Source: Squalus acanthias (lineage: Eukaryota). Taken from it: a DNA stretch of 64,000 nucleotides. How positions within the stretch are numbered: the first letter of the stretch is position 1; the number at the start of each line of letters is the position of its first letter. The stretch is from assembly GCA_030390025.1 (NCBI GenBank), contig CM059433.1, positions 11,224,001-11,288,000 of the forward strand, in the 5' to 3' direction. The translations under genes were made by a program, and so were the position numbers. Of the stretch, positions 61,563 through 64,000 are shown piece after piece. Under the pieces are notes generated by a model. That model did no database searches. It was not told the DNA's origin and saw only the letters and a program-made list of their open reading frames with translations.

Positions 61563-63029
61563 CAAAGGGGTACCATCCACTTAAAGGTTGGTCACAAAAG
61601 TTTAATCAGGCTTTAAAAAAAGATTGTATTTTAAATGCATATTTGCGCTTTTCCAAAGGCCACTTGGGGCAAAAAAAAGGGATTGGCAAAACTCAATGGT
61701 TGGCACAAAACAAGAACATATGAGTCAGTAAACCCCTCTTTGATGGTACCCCAGAAATCTGTCGACCAGTCTAGGGCACCCTAACCAGAAGACAGAGGAA
61801 AGACTAGAAAAACCTTCCCACCTAACCTCGAAAGCAGAAAGCTAAGGGTAGAATCTTACACAAAGACATAAGATAGTAAACCAGTATAGAGAAAGAACAT
61901 CTGGAACACTGCTTAAAACTAAAACTGCGACAGTTGGACAAGGAGACACATGCTCAAACTAGCAAACGGCAAATTTAGGACTGGTGTGAGGAAGTACTTC
62001 TTCACAGTAAGATTGCTTAACATGTAGAATTAGACTTCTAGGTAAGATAATAGAGACCAAAGCCCTAGATCATTTTAAGAAGGGAGGATTGTAGGGTTTT
62101 CTTTTCATGCTGGATGAGCTGATTGGCCTTCCTCATCCCTGTCTGTGATCTTGTGAAGTCTAGATAAATGATCGGCTGACTAAATACAGATTTCCAGTGC
62201 ATCAAACAGATTCCTGTTCTAAACTATTGTAAAGATTCCTTGATTCATTTAACACTTAAAATACATTATCCTGACCTAAACATCAGATGTATCCTTATTA
62301 TCCACTTTGAATATCCCAGAAAGACTTTCAATGAGTGAAAATTACATTGTAGAAGTTTAACCATTATAGTGAGAGATATTTTTAAATTCTGCGTTTTTTT
62401 TTAGCAAATTAGATTAAATTACTGAGTGAATATTAAATATGTAAATATATGCAAATGTACGTTTTTTTCCACAATGTATTGAAACTTTGATATATGTAAT
62501 ATTTCTTGTCAATCTAGTGCACAAAATGAACGCAACAAAAGGTCCTATTATAAGAAACAACAATTAGATGAACCATCAGTTAATCTGTTGGTATTTTTAC
62601 TGCTGTTAGTTGAGAGAGGAATGTTGGTAAGAACTCCTCGATCTGCCTTGAACAGTTCCGTGAATCTTTCACATTCACCTAAACAGGCAGAGATCACCTC
62701 GGCTGAACGTTTCACCTGAAAGTCAGTACACAACTAGTAAAGCTGGAAAATAAATAATTGAAGGGTGTTTGTTTACCATTCGCTGCAAGTTTCCGATCTA
62801 AATGATCAGGGCTTATTCGCCAACCAGACACTCCCGGCCAGGAGCAACGGACACAGGGATCACTGCACGGGAACTCGTGGGCCTGCAGTTCCTGATTAAC
62901 TGGAAATCAGGCATAGCAGGCTTGCGATTTACCAACTTGCACTCCCTGCGAGTGCTACTTCTTGCTGGGAGCATCCAATCGGGGAATCAGCTTTATGAAG
63001 CTGTTGTCAACAATGCTGATCGTATGCCC

Positions 63030-63682
63030 CTTTTTTTTTTATTCGTTCATGGGATGTGGGCGTCGCTGGAAAGGCCAGCATTTCTTGCCCATCCCTAGTT
63101 GCCCCTTGAGAAGGTGGTGGTGAGCCGCCTTCTTGAACCACTGCAGTCCATGCGGTGAAGGTACTCCTGCAGTGCTGTTAGGCAGGGAGTTCCAGGATTT
63201 TGACCCAGCGACGATGAAGGATCGGCGATATACTTCCAAGTCAGGATGGTGTGTGACTTGGAGGGGATCGTGGCGATGGTGGTGTTCCCATGCGCCTGCT
63301 GCCCTTGTCCTTCTAGATGGTAGAGGTCGCGGGTTTGGGAGGTACTGTTGAAGAAGCTTTGGCAAGTTGCTGCAGTGCATCTTGTAGATGGTACACACTG
63401 CAGCCACGGTGCGCCGGTGGTGGAGTGAGTGAATGTTTAAGGTGGTGGATGGGGTGCCAATCAAGCGAGCTGTTTTGTCCTGGATGGTGTCGAGCTTCTT
63501 GAGTGTTGTTGGAGCTGCACTCATCCAGGCAAGTGGAGAGTATTCCATCACACTCCTGACTTGTGCCTTGTAGATGGTGGAAGGGCTTTGGGGAGTCAGG
63601 AGGTGAGACACTCGCCGCAGAATACCTAGCCTCTGACCTGCTCTTGTAGCCACAGTATTGATGTGGCTGGTCCAGTTAAGTT
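63030..63682 (-). mobile_element. Second CR1-group LINE family, 3' 650 bp
   Basis: ORF 63039-63653 reads AGQRLGILRRVSHLL..IYKAQVRSVMEYSPLAW. Confidence 0.9.
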
Positions 63683-64000
63683 TTTAAAAGGGTGCAACTA
63701 ATAAAAACTTAACCGTAAAGGAAAAAGGAAACATCAAACTAAATAATAACAAGGTTCTGGACATCCACAACACACTCCAGTCCCAGCGGTGCCCACCGGT
63801 CGCGGAAGGTCTCAGGTGTCCCGGCGGACACTGCGTGCTCCTTTCACATGGCCGCCCGTGAAAGAGAGCCAGAGTGACCATCCCCACTTGCACGCATCCG
63901 ATCTGAACCTGTAGGTGGCCAACTTGGCCAGACCCAGGAGCAGACCCACGAGGAGGTCCTCCAAATTGCCCGGCCCCCTCCGCAGCGGGCGACCAAAGAT

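Noticed and set aside
1..64000. CRISPR array, rRNA, NUMT or prokaryotic operon
   Set aside because: No regularly spaced repeat-spacer array or recognisable rRNA or mitochondrial sequence was seen, and the architecture is vertebrate.

Overview
This is a eukaryotic, repeat-saturated window with no intact host protein-coding gene. The repeat set points to a cartilaginous fish, most likely a shark (inference). It includes CR1/HER1-type LINEs, V-domain HE1-like SINEs, young Deu-domain SacSINE1-like SINEs, L2, RTE, Penelope-like elements, and PIF/Harbinger remnants with many MITEs. The only host-gene signals are a disabled large exon resembling the N-terminal exon 2 of the long SH2D3C (SHEP1/Chat-H) isoform (15059-16160, +; premature stops and a chimeric LINE insertion) and a processed RPS5 pseudogene (11127-11452). 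The long ORFs are 5'-truncated CR1 reverse transcriptases. The most notable structure is as follows. (i) Short copies of nearby DNA recur at LINE 5' junctions and inside repeats (locally templated insertions). (ii) Penelope-like termini carry minimal hammerhead-ribozyme cores, including a 348-nt-period, retrozyme-like non-autonomous element with a 13-bp TSD. (iii) A Harbinger Myb/SANT gene and a Harbinger transposase can be reconstructed from remnants. (iv) TEs nest several levels deep with readable TSDs. (v) A 46-bp hairpin and a FOX:ETS/GATA motif cluster lie in a repeat-free island. All family assignments come from recognising motifs by eye, not from database searches, and repeat boundaries are approximate unless TSDs are given.
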